Shown: one piece after another, positions 37,662 through 47,492 of the stretch | Layout of the letters: each line of letters opens with the position of its first letter | Numbering within the stretch: the first letter of the stretch is position 1 | Origin: a phage | Assembly: GCA_025823825.1 (NCBI GenBank) | Contig: GCA_025823825.1_4720.1 | Length of the DNA stretch: 64,000 nucleotides | Direction: 5' to 3' (one strand) | Notes under the pieces: generated by a model | Told to the model about the DNA's origin: nothing | The model's database searches: none | The model's input: only the letters and a program-made list of their open reading frames with translations | Position numbers and translations under genes: made by a program

Positions 37662-39248
37662 TTATTTTTTTCCTCTTAAATTTACTACGTGTTCATTTAA
37701 TCGAACAACTAATTGCACAAGTTGCTGACGGATATCTGCTGGACAAAGCATCAATCCTTTACGATCAGCTGGGACTTTCTCAAGGATTTCCGGGCCTGCT
37801 GCTGAAACATCCCAGTCCCATTCACAAAACGCATCGGCCACCATGTTAATACCGACAACCGGTAAAGTTGTACGTTCATCTTCATACATGGCGTGTGGAT
37901 ACAATTTATTGACAGTAATGATCTCCTGTGGTTTTAATTGGTGGATAATCTGATAAACATCGTCGCGTTTAACCTGGATACCTACGGTCAGCGCTGCCAG
38001 TTGAGGAAAACCCCAATGGTCTAATAAGCAAGCTGCAATCGCTAACGCTTTTGCTTGATGCACGGCTTCAATCGGTGCCAGACTTCTCGCCGGAAGATGG
38101 CTATCAAGCAACCATTGTGCCAGTGCTCGGCATCCACGGTTGATTGGTTTTAACTCAACGCTGTCATCGTGCTTAGCGTACGTGTATCCGTCGTAACGTT
38201 TTGCGATACGCGCATACATGTCTTCAACTTTACCGTAAGGTGCCGTTTCGTCGACGTCGTGTAACACACGTTCCATCTGGGTAAGATACGCGATGTCAAG
38301 AATGAGTACACGCGGTGAACGTTTATCTTTCACCATCAACGCATCAATCACGCCTTGACTGTCTTCATCTTGCGCGTTCCCTCGTGGGGTTTTCTCACGA
38401 ATCGGTCCGCTGAAACGTCGTTCCGTACAAAGGTTATTCACATAGCTAAAGATCAGTGTTACCAGATGCGTACAACTCACCAACACCCCATCTTTAACGA
38501 CAGGCTGTACGGCTTGGTCCAAGTCGCGTACGGCGAGACGGCGGACGATGGCTTGTGAACGCAACCAGCCGGGCACTTTCTCCGTCGACATGTAATCCAC
38601 GGTCATCGACAGCGTGATCTTTTTATCACCCGTCTGTGCGCGGATATAGTCTTCCAGTCGGTCGTAAGCGGCGATATCATGAATGCGTGTTTTATACATC
38701 AACGACATAGCCACTTCTTCTTTACGGACTGTCCCGTACGTTTTCCCTGCGTCAATCAGAAACTCTGCCCAAATCGGCACCATCAGACGGACATAGATCG
38801 CTAACGCTGTTAACTCAACGTAATCATTTCGTAAATAGGTTTTCTCGGGTATATCGTCCTCACCTAATGTTGTTTTCATGTCCGGTGGTAATTTTACCCA
38901 ACCTGGGGTATTACACAACGCCAGAATCTCTTCATACACAACCGGTTTGTAAATCTCACCAACAGCGCGACTCAACTCCTCCATTTGTTGTTGTGGAGCA
39001 ATGTAGTTATCCATCGCTTCACGTGCTTTAACGAACCCTTCGAAGATGTCGTCAATTCGACGTGGGTTCTTTTGTTCTATCCAGGCGAGATACTTGTTAA
39101 TCTCCCGCATCTGATTGCTAGCCATATCCCCATCAATCTTGATGTAACCCTGGCCTGAAAATTCCACAGTACGTCCATCACGATGTTTGATGAGATAGTG
39201 ATCCAGCTTTTCTTTTCCTTGCGTCGTAATGACGGGCACTATGTGCAT
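37662..39248 (-). CDS. hypothetical protein
   Basis: Start set at ATG 39248 (MHIVPV) with AAGAGG upstream; ORF-track N-terminus is leader. Confidence 0.55.
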   Translation of the reverse strand: MHIVPVITTQGKEKLDHYLIKHRDGRTVEFSGQGYIKIDGDMASNQMREINKYLAWIEQKNPRRIDDIFEGFVKAREAMDNYIAPQQQMEELSRAVGEIYKPVVYEEILALCNTPGWVKLPPDMKTTLGEDDIPEKTYLRNDYVELTALAIYVRLMVPIWAEFLIDAGKTYGTVRKEEVAMSLMYKTRIHDIAAYDRLEDYIRAQTGDKKITLSMTVDYMSTEKVPGWLRSQAIVRRLAVRDLDQAVQPVVKDGVLVSCTHLVTLIFSYVNNLCTERRFSGPIREKTPRGNAQDEDSQGVIDALMVKDKRSPRVLILDIAYLTQMERVLHDVDETAPYGKVEDMYARIAKRYDGYTYAKHDDSVELKPINRGCRALAQWLLDSHLPARSLAPIEAVHQAKALAIAACLLDHWGFPQLAALTVGIQVKRDDVYQIIHQLKPQEIITVNKLYPHAMYEDERTTLPVVGINMVADAFCEWDWDVSAAGPEILEKVPADRKGLMLCPADIRQQLVQLVVRLNEHVVNLRGKK

Positions 39249-39300
39249 AACAACCTCTTTTCGCGGTTCCCTGTTAAAACGTCTTCTGTGACGTCTACCA

Positions 39301-39324
39301 CAAAGGTAATATAAGCGTGAATAA
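39301..39324 (-). promoter_or_regulatory. conserved promoter-like motif, copy 2 (minus strand TTATTCACGCTTATATTACCTTTG)
   Basis: TATATTAC core about 55 nt upstream of ATG 39248. Confidence 0.45.
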
Positions 39325-39452
39325 TTTTGGATTCCGGCTGAGTTATCGCTCAGCATGCAAGGCATCCCGCCGAAGCGAGACACCTTGCACTAACGGAAAA
39401 TATTCGCGTTACCTTCTGAATCGAAGACTCAGAATGCGATGCTAAAGCATTA

Positions 39453-40241
39453 TTAGAACGCTAAGCCATCAAAGGCTACGGACGGATCATCATCGTCATT
39501 TGCGCTTGGCGCATCCCAACGGGTATCAGGGGCCGCTGAAGCCGAACTTGATGCGTTAGAGTTACCGTTGTACTGGCCGTTACCAGCATTACGGTTACCG
39601 CCGCCGTTGTTATTGTTACGGTTATAGCTATTGTTGCCATTACTTACGCTACGGCTTTCACCGTCGAAATTGGTTGCGAGGATGCTCGGCAACACCGCAC
39701 GATGAATACGTACAAATTCCAACGCACAAAGCGGAGAAACAACCCCGATCTGTAAAGGTTGCCCAGACTCATCAACCAGAGCGTGGAAGCGCGGTGGCTT
39801 GAATACGAATTGGATGTTCGGTTTTTGGTACGCTGTTACGGCGATATATACCGAACCATCATCATTCTTACCAACCCATGTTGTACTTTCGGTAATCTGT
39901 TTCTTCTTACCTGGGTTATTGCGATCGTCAATAACCTTTTCGTTCTTCATCGCAAAGCGCTGACCTGGTTTACCCTTAGCAACCTGCTCGAGGATCGCAA
40001 GCAGGTTATAGAACGCGTATGAGCTCATGCGTGCCCAAATGCTTTCAGCGCGACCCTGCTGGTCTTTACGACCGGTGTAAACCGTGATACGCGGTTGATT
40101 CTTAGCAACGCTAATTTTCAATGAGGGGATTGAATTACCGCCCTCAACCTTTTCGTCCGCCCACAGTTTCCAGTTGTTGTCGTCATACGCTGTAGGAATA
40201 ATGTTTCCTTGTGGTTTACTGCCCGAATTCCAATTGCTCAT
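39453..40241 (-). CDS. single-stranded DNA-binding protein-like
   Basis: 262 aa; structured N-terminal part, N/G-rich linker, acidic tip ...ANDDDDPSVAFDGLAF. Confidence 0.5.
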   Translation of the reverse strand: MSNWNSGSKPQGNIIPTAYDDNNWKLWADEKVEGGNSIPSLKISVAKNQPRITVYTGRKDQQGRAESIWARMSSYAFYNLLAILEQVAKGKPGQRFAMKNEKVIDDRNNPGKKKQITESTTWVGKNDDGSVYIAVTAYQKPNIQFVFKPPRFHALVDESGQPLQIGVVSPLCALEFVRIHRAVLPSILATNFDGESRSVSNGNNSYNRNNNNGGGNRNAGNGQYNGNSNASSSASAAPDTRWDAPSANDDDDPSVAFDGLAF

Positions 40242-40314
40242 TTTCAGCCTCGTTACGTAGTGTGAATCAATTTCTGGTTCAGATGATAGTTAATATTAGT
40301 TAAAAATTACAGCC

Positions 40315-41112
40315 TCAGCGGAACATGTCCAACAGAAAACGTTTTGCGAAGGGGTCACGTAACTGGTTGACGCCAAAGCGCGTACGGTCTTCCGTTGTTA
40401 ATGGATTCCACTGACTCTGTTTCGCAAGATCTAACAGCATCCTTTTTATTTTCACCGGCCCACTGTTAAACTGTACGGCTTGGTCACCGAACGTTCCCAA
40501 TGTCATCTTTGTAAATGGAAGATTCGCAACCTCTGGACGATCCCCACCAGTAAGTTTAGTCGACCACTGATGTTTTCGTTTCAAGGTTCCGGTATGGCTC
40601 TCCACCAAAATAAGTTCACCAAAACCGGTTCTTGCCAACAAGTCAGAAACATAGTGCGTGGTGATATACGATGTCTTGGTTATCGTGGGTAATTTACAAT
40701 CCATCGATTCGATATTAGGGAGTCGATCTACAGACGCCATCAACCCACGATAAAGTGTAGCGAGTCCTTTTTGTTTTTCGGTGTGTGGCTCCTTATGTAT
40801 AGCGTGCGGATAAACACGCTTTATTGACGCATAGGTTGGCGCATATATCCGCAAACGAATATGGGGAACGAGTTCATTCACCAGCTGCCTTAGCTGCAGT
40901 AACTCGTTTTGAAAATCCCCTGTTATCATCGATAACGGTAATTTATGTTGTTCAACGTCTTCAAAGCTTTCAACGAAATTGCGTGCTAAAGTACGCAGGT
41001 TGAACAACCAATCCATCGGTGTTTCTGGCTGTTGCTGCACGGCTGATAATGTTGCTGACGTCCCTACCGATAAAGGATAATCACCTAACGTGCGGGCGTA
41101 CATATTGCTCAT
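40315..41112 (-). CDS. hypothetical protein
   Basis: Start set at ATG 41112 (MSNMYAR) with AAGGAG upstream. Confidence 0.45.
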   Translation of the reverse strand: MSNMYARTLGDYPLSVGTSATLSAVQQQPETPMDWLFNLRTLARNFVESFEDVEQHKLPLSMITGDFQNELLQLRQLVNELVPHIRLRIYAPTYASIKRVYPHAIHKEPHTEKQKGLATLYRGLMASVDRLPNIESMDCKLPTITKTSYITTHYVSDLLARTGFGELILVESHTGTLKRKHQWSTKLTGGDRPEVANLPFTKMTLGTFGDQAVQFNSGPVKIKRMLLDLAKQSQWNPLTTEDRTRFGVNQLRDPFAKRFLLDMFR

Positions 41113-41131
41113 ACCCCACAACTCCTTCTTA

Positions 41132-42274
41132 TCATGGCAACGTATCAAGCCAAGCAGAAACCTTTAAGGCATCAACGTTCGGGTATTTATTACGAATGCG
41201 TTCGACCAACAAACGCTTAACGTTGTCCTTTGTCAAGTCTCCACCTTTCTCGATAACGTTATTGACAAAACTGTTCTTTAATAGCGACTGGTTGTTCTTG
41301 GCATCCGTTTTAATTGACCAGACAAAACCTGGATACAAAGAAGGGATAGAACGAAACGTTTTCGCCGCATCGTCTTCCTTATCGCAGCGTATTCGAATAT
41401 GATCGCCCTTCTTCAATGGAGCCAATTCCCGTTCCAACACACGGACAATTTCATCTCCAACAAGACCATGCAGTTTTATCGTCTTATAGACATCTGCTTT
41501 CTTGTTCTCAACAAATTCCCACTGGTCGTTAAACGATTCTGTTAACGTATAACGGAGATACCCCTTTGGACCTTCTTCGCCGTGCGCCAAGCGACCGAAC
41601 GAACCGCCAACCATGATACGTCCTTTCTGGGATTGTAAGTGAATATGTCCGCTCACGATCCATCCCTGGGTCTTCTCCACCATTGCGTTATACGCATCGC
41701 TGCTATGAACACATGTCGCTTTTAACGCTTCTGGTGGAAGCTGATATTCGAACGCACCGTGCATCAGAATGAAGTCCGGCGATCCCTTCTCATCAATAAG
41801 TCGGTTCACGGCCGACAACGTCACATCCGGATCGTGGCTGTAGTTATCTGGAAGATAAAGCACTTTTAAACCAAAGTCTTCATCAACCATGCAGAGGTCA
41901 TCGTAATAACGAACTTTCGCTCCTATCTCCATGACCTCGTTCTGTTCAACGAACCACTGACTTTGCTTCTGGTCGTGTAAATTGGTACCCTCAAGAAAGA
42001 TCAACGTAATATCATGTTTTCTCGCATACCGTAACAACCAGGTACCCCAGGCACGAACAGCAACCACATCACTCGTCACAAATGTCGTAATGCGATCGAA
42101 GACATCGCCACTGAACGTAATCACATCAAGCAGCGCAGGATCTTCTTTTGTAATGTAATAACGCAGTTGGCTAATCAGGTTTACTGTCGGTGTTTGACGA
42201 TGGATAAAGTGAATATCCGACAAATTGATTCCACGTAATACCCCAGGCGTTTTATTTCGACTGAAGTCTCGCAT
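41132..42274 (-). CDS. Mre11/SbcD-like metallophosphoesterase nuclease
   Basis: 380 aa; LSDIHF, SGDVFD, GTNLHD, MHGAFE, SGHIH in order. Confidence 0.7.
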   Translation of the reverse strand: MRDFSRNKTPGVLRGINLSDIHFIHRQTPTVNLISQLRYYITKEDPALLDVITFSGDVFDRITTFVTSDVVAVRAWGTWLLRYARKHDITLIFLEGTNLHDQKQSQWFVEQNEVMEIGAKVRYYDDLCMVDEDFGLKVLYLPDNYSHDPDVTLSAVNRLIDEKGSPDFILMHGAFEYQLPPEALKATCVHSSDAYNAMVEKTQGWIVSGHIHLQSQKGRIMVGGSFGRLAHGEEGPKGYLRYTLTESFNDQWEFVENKKADVYKTIKLHGLVGDEIVRVLERELAPLKKGDHIRIRCDKEDDAAKTFRSIPSLYPGFVWSIKTDAKNNQSLLKNSFVNNVIEKGGDLTKDNVKRLLVERIRNKYPNVDALKVSAWLDTLP

Positions 42275-43056
42275 CAGAATTCCTCTAGGTTGCTGCTGCT
42301 AATAGTCCCCGTCGTAGACGGCATGTTTCTACTGCTCGCCGACGCTGTTGTTGAAGAAGTTCTGGCTAGATTCAATCCGTTTAATAACCCACGCTCTTTT
42401 ACCGTACGACGTGAACCATCACGAACGTCGTAAAGGGGTACGTTATAATGGTCAAAAATCCGAAGCCATTGCACGTAATCAGCAACAACATGGTCTTTGC
42501 TTTCATTCGGGGCAAAGCGATCAAGCTGATGGTCGACGTAAGCTTTAGCGCTTTCAGGATTGAAGTTATACTGTCGACGTGCTTTGTCCACCATCGCGAG
42601 GAAACATGTGTTGGGGTCACGATTGATGTATGAACGTGTCCGGATAAAGATAGCCGGTACCGTAAACAGAACCTTGTTGTTATTCCCATCAGCAACGATG
42701 TTAACCGCACGATGTGGTTGGCCTGCTATCTTGCACCAATCGTGAACAATGGTGCTATTACTCAGCATCTCCGCGTATTCAGGATCCTGCGAAAACATTC
42801 CTGCGAACGGATACAAGAAATGTTTAACAAACAGCGACTCAGGCAGGATGTTGGGACGCGTCATCTCCTGTAAACCTTTTCGTAGAAGCTCGCTGTTGTC
42901 TACCAGCTCCTGCCACATGTCCGGTCGTGTTTTCGGGATGGACGGATCCTGAGCGCGGCGAATGCGCTCTTCCTCATTTACAACCACTACCCCAGCCGGA
43001 TACCCCAATAAATCCGTTCCTTCGCTAACGTTGCTGTTAGTTTGGCGCGCCTTCAT
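42274..43056 (-). CDS. hypothetical protein
   Basis: 260 aa, no Walker A. Confidence 0.45.
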   Translation of the reverse strand: MKARQTNSNVSEGTDLLGYPAGVVVVNEEERIRRAQDPSIPKTRPDMWQELVDNSELLRKGLQEMTRPNILPESLFVKHFLYPFAGMFSQDPEYAEMLSNSTIVHDWCKIAGQPHRAVNIVADGNNNKVLFTVPAIFIRTRSYINRDPNTCFLAMVDKARRQYNFNPESAKAYVDHQLDRFAPNESKDHVVADYVQWLRIFDHYNVPLYDVRDGSRRTVKERGLLNGLNLARTSSTTASASSRNMPSTTGTISSSNLEEF

Positions 43057-43444
43057 TTACTTCCTCCTGCCACTTGATAAAATTACCACGCTCGGATCGC
43101 AGAACACCGCCCAAATCGTACGATATACCTTTCTCTGTGACAATCCCACCAATCTGGAGATCAACACGTTCCGTCGTCGGATCGATATACTTGACACGGA
43201 CTTTCAATTCCACGCGATCGTAATAACGCATTAAATAATCATACAACATCCGGTATGTCGCATCTTCCAATTTGGGTGCGCTATACTGCGATGTTGCAAT
43301 GAGGTACGGTAGTGAAACGATGGAACCTTGATAGCAATACGACTGGGAATAATTCGATATTGCAAAATTGGTCATTAACCCATCCAGCTTTTTTCCCGAC
43401 GCGGTTAAAAAGCTCGACAGTCCCGGTAACGGATTCGATGCCAT
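43037..43444 (-). CDS. hypothetical protein
   Basis: 135 aa ORF. Confidence 0.4.
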   Translation of the reverse strand: MASNPLPGLSSFLTASGKKLDGLMTNFAISNYSQSYCYQGSIVSLPYLIATSQYSAPKLEDATYRMLYDYLMRYYDRVELKVRVKYIDPTTERVDLQIGGIVTEKGISYDLGGVLRSERGNFIKWQEEVNEGAPN

Positions 43445-43457
43445 GAGGAACTCCTCT

Positions 43458-43907
43458 TTAAGCGTAATTCATTCCAACCAATCTATCGTAGTTAGGCATA
43501 TGCCCTAACTCCAGTTCGACAGGCATGGATACATTGGTGCGCGGCGCGTAAAATGTTCGCGTATGCATATCGATATACCCGCAGTCCAAATAAACAATAT
43601 CGGACAACTCCACCGGATGTTTAGGTGCGGGAATCTTTAGTCGGTTATAACACTCAAGCTGCCACCAGGCATGAAAAAAGTTATTGTAAGCGTACGATTT
43701 ACTGTTAGCAATTTTAAGACCGTAGATCACCCATAACGCCGCCATGAAGTTGGTCGCGTTAATTCGCATCGGTTGTTCATTATTGAGCATGTACGTGTAG
43801 GTAAACAACGGTGTGTTACCATCACCGAAACGTCCAACCAAGGTATTGTTTGTGCGTTCGACCTCAAAGGAAAAATGCTGGCTGCTATTGCCATCAAAAT
43901 GGATCAT
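43458..43907 (-). CDS. hypothetical protein
   Basis: Start set at ATG 43907 (MIHFDG) with GAGGAG upstream. Confidence 0.4.
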   Translation of the reverse strand: MIHFDGNSSQHFSFEVERTNNTLVGRFGDGNTPLFTYTYMLNNEQPMRINATNFMAALWVIYGLKIANSKSYAYNNFFHAWWQLECYNRLKIPAPKHPVELSDIVYLDCGYIDMHTRTFYAPRTNVSMPVELELGHMPNYDRLVGMNYA

Positions 43908-44026
43908 TCCGTTCTCCTCAAGCTTTTTCATTTCATAGAGTGGTGGAAATTCGTAGAAAGTTACAAAAATAAAAAAGAATGGGCAGCCCCTCCCCACCCG
44001 AAGGTAGGGAGAGACCGCAAATATAC

Positions 44027-44512
44027 TTAAACCAATGCTGCGATAACGTCGTTAACATTACGGCCTCGCAACTCTGCCGCTAAACGAATAACTTCATCCA
44101 GGGAACGGGTTGTACGAATCTTGGCCACTTTCCAATTTTCAGGATACTGTTCGAAGTTAAGCAACCAAGTCATTACCTTTGCTTGTTCCATACCGTTGAG
44201 TTTGATTGTCGTGCGCGGATTGGCTTTGAACCACTTCTTGCTCAGCTGCGCCATACGGCGAACAGGGTAAGCGTAAGCGCGAGTCCAGTCTTTGGACAGA
44301 TTGTCGAGTAATTCACAGTAGCTGTTGTCGTAGTCTTTGTTGATACGACGTAATAACCAGTTGGCGGTCATCTGATAAAGTTTATCATCTTCACGTAACC
44401 GCATACCCGCTACTGCTAAATAAATGATAAGACCTGCGCCCAGGATGAGAGACAGGATAAACAGGATTTGGGTTTCTTGTGCTAAAGTCATTTTACTATC
44501 CTCGGATTTCAT
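44027..44512 (-). CDS. membrane-anchored protein (single N-terminal TM helix)
   Basis: 161 aa; ILFILSLILGAGLIIYLAVAG helix then soluble domain. Confidence 0.5.
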   Translation of the reverse strand: MKSEDSKMTLAQETQILFILSLILGAGLIIYLAVAGMRLREDDKLYQMTANWLLRRINKDYDNSYCELLDNLSKDWTRAYAYPVRRMAQLSKKWFKANPRTTIKLNGMEQAKVMTWLLNFEQYPENWKVAKIRTTRSLDEVIRLAAELRGRNVNDVIAALV

Positions 44513-44577
44513 TAGGATTTAATTTCCAATATAAGGGCAATGTGATATGCCTTATACAGTCGATTGATGTTGTACAT

Positions 44578-44601
44578 CACCTAAGTAATATAGCCGTGAA
44601 A
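44578..44601 (-). promoter_or_regulatory. conserved promoter-like motif, copy 3 (minus strand TTTCACGGCTATATTACTTAGGTG)
   Basis: About 65 nt upstream of ATG 44512. Confidence 0.5.
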
Positions 44602-44610
44602 AATGTTGGA

Positions 44611-45408
44611 TTAACGTGTTCTCCTATCACGATGCGTATACGACTGAAGACCGATGTCCATATGCGGTAACGTCAGCGTCTGCCAGATCTGTCGTGCATA
44701 GCGATCGAGCGTATGATCGTCAGTAACACAATCGACGGGTTCGATGAGGTGAGTCGTATACTGGCTTTTCTCAGAGAAAGGTTCGATGTTAGCTGTATCT
44801 CCTAATCCGCTTTTCACCGTGAAGACAAGACGTGTGACTATCATCGCCTTATGTTGCTGTTCGTTATAACGAAGGCTGCGGTATACGGCATAGCTTCCTC
44901 CTTTTAGGCTTCGGGTATAACGAAGGTCGGAGGTCGTCTCGGAAATCTGATACAGCATCCAGTCCAACGTATCGCGCCAGTACGCATCATCCACATCAGG
45001 AACTGTAATACCATATCGCGTAGGCAGCAGTTCTAAAAGCAATTTATAAAGTCCGCGACGCAAGCCATGCTCTTCTGTTTCCGATAAACCGTTTCCAACA
45101 TAACGTGAAATACGCGTACGTAAATACGTACGGATGAACATATTCGCCATCAGTGTTTTCACTCTGCTACTTGTATCCTCAAAGCGATCAACGCTGAAAC
45201 TCGTTTCAATCAGCCGTCCATTAAAATACAATGCGGCAACATACATCGCATTACTGCTATCACGTTCAATGTTTAAACGACCGCAGATATTGGCTGCGTC
45301 GTTCATGGTAAATTCTAATTTATCGTGTTCGATACGATAGATAATATCCTCTTGGGTTGCTAGGCTCGCAATACGACGATAGCCCGGAGAAGTACGTTTT
45401 ACACTCAT
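44611..45408 (-). CDS. hypothetical protein
   Basis: Start likely ATG 45408 (MSVKRT, GAGGA upstream) or 45447. Confidence 0.5.
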   Translation of the reverse strand: MSVKRTSPGYRRIASLATQEDIIYRIEHDKLEFTMNDAANICGRLNIERDSSNAMYVAALYFNGRLIETSFSVDRFEDTSSRVKTLMANMFIRTYLRTRISRYVGNGLSETEEHGLRRGLYKLLLELLPTRYGITVPDVDDAYWRDTLDWMLYQISETTSDLRYTRSLKGGSYAVYRSLRYNEQQHKAMIVTRLVFTVKSGLGDTANIEPFSEKSQYTTHLIEPVDCVTDDHTLDRYARQIWQTLTLPHMDIGLQSYTHRDRRTR

Positions 45409-45444
45409 GATTGTCCTCGTTTTCAATTTTAAGATTGCATGCGG

Positions 45445-45475
45445 CATAAACCCTCCCCGCCTTGTGCAGGGAGGG
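45445..45475 (-). terminator. hairpin CCCTCCC...GGGAGGG followed on minus strand by TTTATGCCG
   Basis: Inverted repeat downstream of the 45491 stop. Confidence 0.55.
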
Positions 45476-45490
45476 TAGCCATTAAATGGA

Positions 45491-46129
45491 TTAACCTAAT
45501 TTACCACCGGCGATGTTGGTGAAGTCTTCGCCGTCAGGAACTTGCAGTAGGATACGTGCCATGTCCCAGTTAGTTAATGTGATTGCTTTATCATCGATAC
45601 TCAGTTCTGGTAGGTCGAGTTCATGATCATCAAACTCGTAGGAAATACTCCACGTTTCGTCTGTTTTAGGATCGGTTATCAACACACCGTCTGTTACACG
45701 CATGTAGTCCGGATGCAGTTCATTACTGAATGTGCTGAACGGATCGGTGTAACATTCAGCATACCCCTCGATCTGCTGACGCTGTGCCTTCGTACGTAAA
45801 TCAGGGCACGCCATGATCAGTTGTCGAGATATGCCGTTTGCAGCTCGGAAATCCTCCACGGTGTTACATGGCATAACCACATCGTCGTGGAAGATGTTCT
45901 CCGATTGTCTCAACAGCGTCTTACGGAGTTCAGCATAGTTTATCTGATTGAATGCATCAAACGTTGCTAACGATTCAGCGTAAAAATGCTTTACGTGTTC
46001 GCTTGCGCCGCCGAGACTATTCATCAACTTGTGCCCGTACTCCATGAAACTTTTATCGAGACCGGAGGACATTTCTCCGAACCTCAGTGCACGATAACTG
46101 TCTCGTCCACCTGTAAATATTTGCGCCAT
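45491..46129 (-). CDS. hypothetical protein
   Basis: 212 aa ORF. Confidence 0.5.
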   Translation of the reverse strand: MAQIFTGGRDSYRALRFGEMSSGLDKSFMEYGHKLMNSLGGASEHVKHFYAESLATFDAFNQINYAELRKTLLRQSENIFHDDVVMPCNTVEDFRAANGISRQLIMACPDLRTKAQRQQIEGYAECYTDPFSTFSNELHPDYMRVTDGVLITDPKTDETWSISYEFDDHELDLPELSIDDKAITLTNWDMARILLQVPDGEDFTNIAGGKLG

Positions 46130-46144
46130 TACAGGCGTCCTCCT

Positions 46145-46378
46145 TTAGCAATGGTTGTTAGTTGCTTCTATTTCGTCAAGATAAGGTTCTACGTCATCGC
46201 CCTCCACGAATTCGTTGAACCAGCAGTCAATGGTAGAAATAACCGGTGACTGGTGTTCACATTTCTTAGATACCTTAAAAGGTACGTTATTATCCATCAT
46301 ACCGAGTTCGGGTCGAAAACGCCCGAAATGTTTCGCAGTCCAAATGTCTGGGACGATATGGTTGTTCATCGTAGCGTT
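46145..46378 (-). CDS. RNA polymerase beta' N-terminal subunit, proposed exon 4
   Basis: NATMNNHIVPD...PELGMMDNNVPF aligns to bacterial beta' QMAVHVPL...ALMMSTNNILSP just after DFDGD. Confidence 0.55.
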   Translation of the reverse strand, partial: NATMNNHIVPDIWTAKHFGRFRPELGMMDNNVPFKVSKKCEHQSPVISTIDCWFNEFVEGDDVEPYLDEIEATNNHC

Positions 46379-46727
46379 CAGCATGAGTCGCTACCTCATG
46401 CCCGCAGCTTTACCTGCAGCTTCCGGTGTTACCGGAATGTCCAGAATACATCTTATCCATATTCCAAATGGAACGTAGGACTTCCGCGCTGGATCTCGCT
46501 TGAGACCACGTATTCGTTGAACGTTCTCCTGAACGGAGCTTCGCTGCTGATCGAACATTGTCATGTACGGTAGGCGTCCCCGAAGGGATTGTCATTGAAG
46601 CCGCGTACATCCGCTACCTTGTTTCTACCTTATCGGTTCCTCTTACGAGGCGTAGCGGCCTTAGCCCTTCCCAGCAATTCACGGAATCCAAGCTCTTCCT
46701 TTCGGAAGGCAGGGCCTATGATTAAGC
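46379..46727 (-). ncRNA. group I intron C (ORF-less), boundaries approximate
   Basis: Minus-strand P/Q/R/S-like elements AATTGCTGGGAAG, GATCAGCAGC, GTTCAACGAATA, AAGATGTATTCT; ends in G before exon 4. Confidence 0.5.
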
Positions 46728-46737
46728 ATCCCCGTCG
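46728..46737 (-). CDS. proposed 10-nt micro-exon 3 (C GAC GGG GAT, completes F and encodes DGD)
   Basis: Inferred from frame restoration, not observed. Confidence 0.4.
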
Positions 46738-47113
46738 CTGTTATCGACTATATCTTCATCCTCGTTGCGAGGAGTCTCCCGTTTTGGTCTGTGTTTAACA
46801 GAGCCTACTCTACTCGACATCGCGTCTTTCGATAGTCTGTGAGCACACATCTTAACGAACATTCGTGGATTCCTAAACAGGTGAACGTTCTTGTTGAGAT
46901 GCTTCGCTGCGGATTATTCCCGTCCTACCTCTTTTACCCTACCCAGTTCATTACGCTGGCCCTCATCTGTGTCACCACGATGAGTTGGTGTGTAGTCCGA
47001 TTACAGAAACTTCCCGTCAATTAGAGAGTTTTAACTACGTTCCTGTTACCAGAAACCAGATCCCGACGGTATCAATAAATCAACGTAAGTTATTGATTTA
47101 ATTGAAAAAACTG
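46738..47113 (-). ncRNA. group I intron B (ORF-less), boundaries approximate
   Basis: Minus-strand AATTGACGGGAAG (P), AATCCGCAGC (Q), GCTCACAGACTATCG (R), AAGATATAGTCG (S) in canonical order; GGTAGGGTAAAAG P5-like. Confidence 0.6.
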
Positions 47114-47126
47114 AAATCTGCATTAT
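47114..47126 (-). CDS. proposed 13-nt micro-exon 2 (AT AAT GCA GAT TT, completes Y and encodes NAD)
   Basis: Joining exon 1 ...AAA GGG T to this gives MILKG-YNADF; preceded by G, ends in U. Confidence 0.4.
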
Positions 47127-47492
47127 CTTAATCTTCAGTATGGTTCGCTACTCCATACCCGTACGTCATGTACTGCTTACGTCTTTCACGTAAGAAGAGA
47201 CTATATCTTTCACCCTCAGCATTATCTGGTCGGGGCTCCCATTTCGGCGGTCAGATGACCGGTGGTTTCCCACGCCGCTTGGCCCTAACGCCCGTAAGCG
47301 ATAGTCGTTGAGCGCATCTCCGTTCTGGAGACTTCGCTGCGGATTCCCCAATCCTTGCCGCTTTTACCATACCTGAATGATTAGTTCAGCCCCACGCTCT
47401 GTTCCCAGGCGTGGTTGGTGGACAAGGCTCTAAGTAGGTTCCCGCATTAGAGAGTTCTGCGTGACAACATTTCTGCGTTACTGGGCCTAACG
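47127..47492 (-). ncRNA. group I intron A (ORF-less), boundaries approximate
   Basis: Minus-strand TAATGCGGGAACC (P), AATCCGCAGC (Q), GCTCAACGACTATCG (R), AAGATATAGTC (S); GGTATGGTAAAAGCG P5-like; GCCC near 5' end can pair with exon GGGU. Confidence 0.6.
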
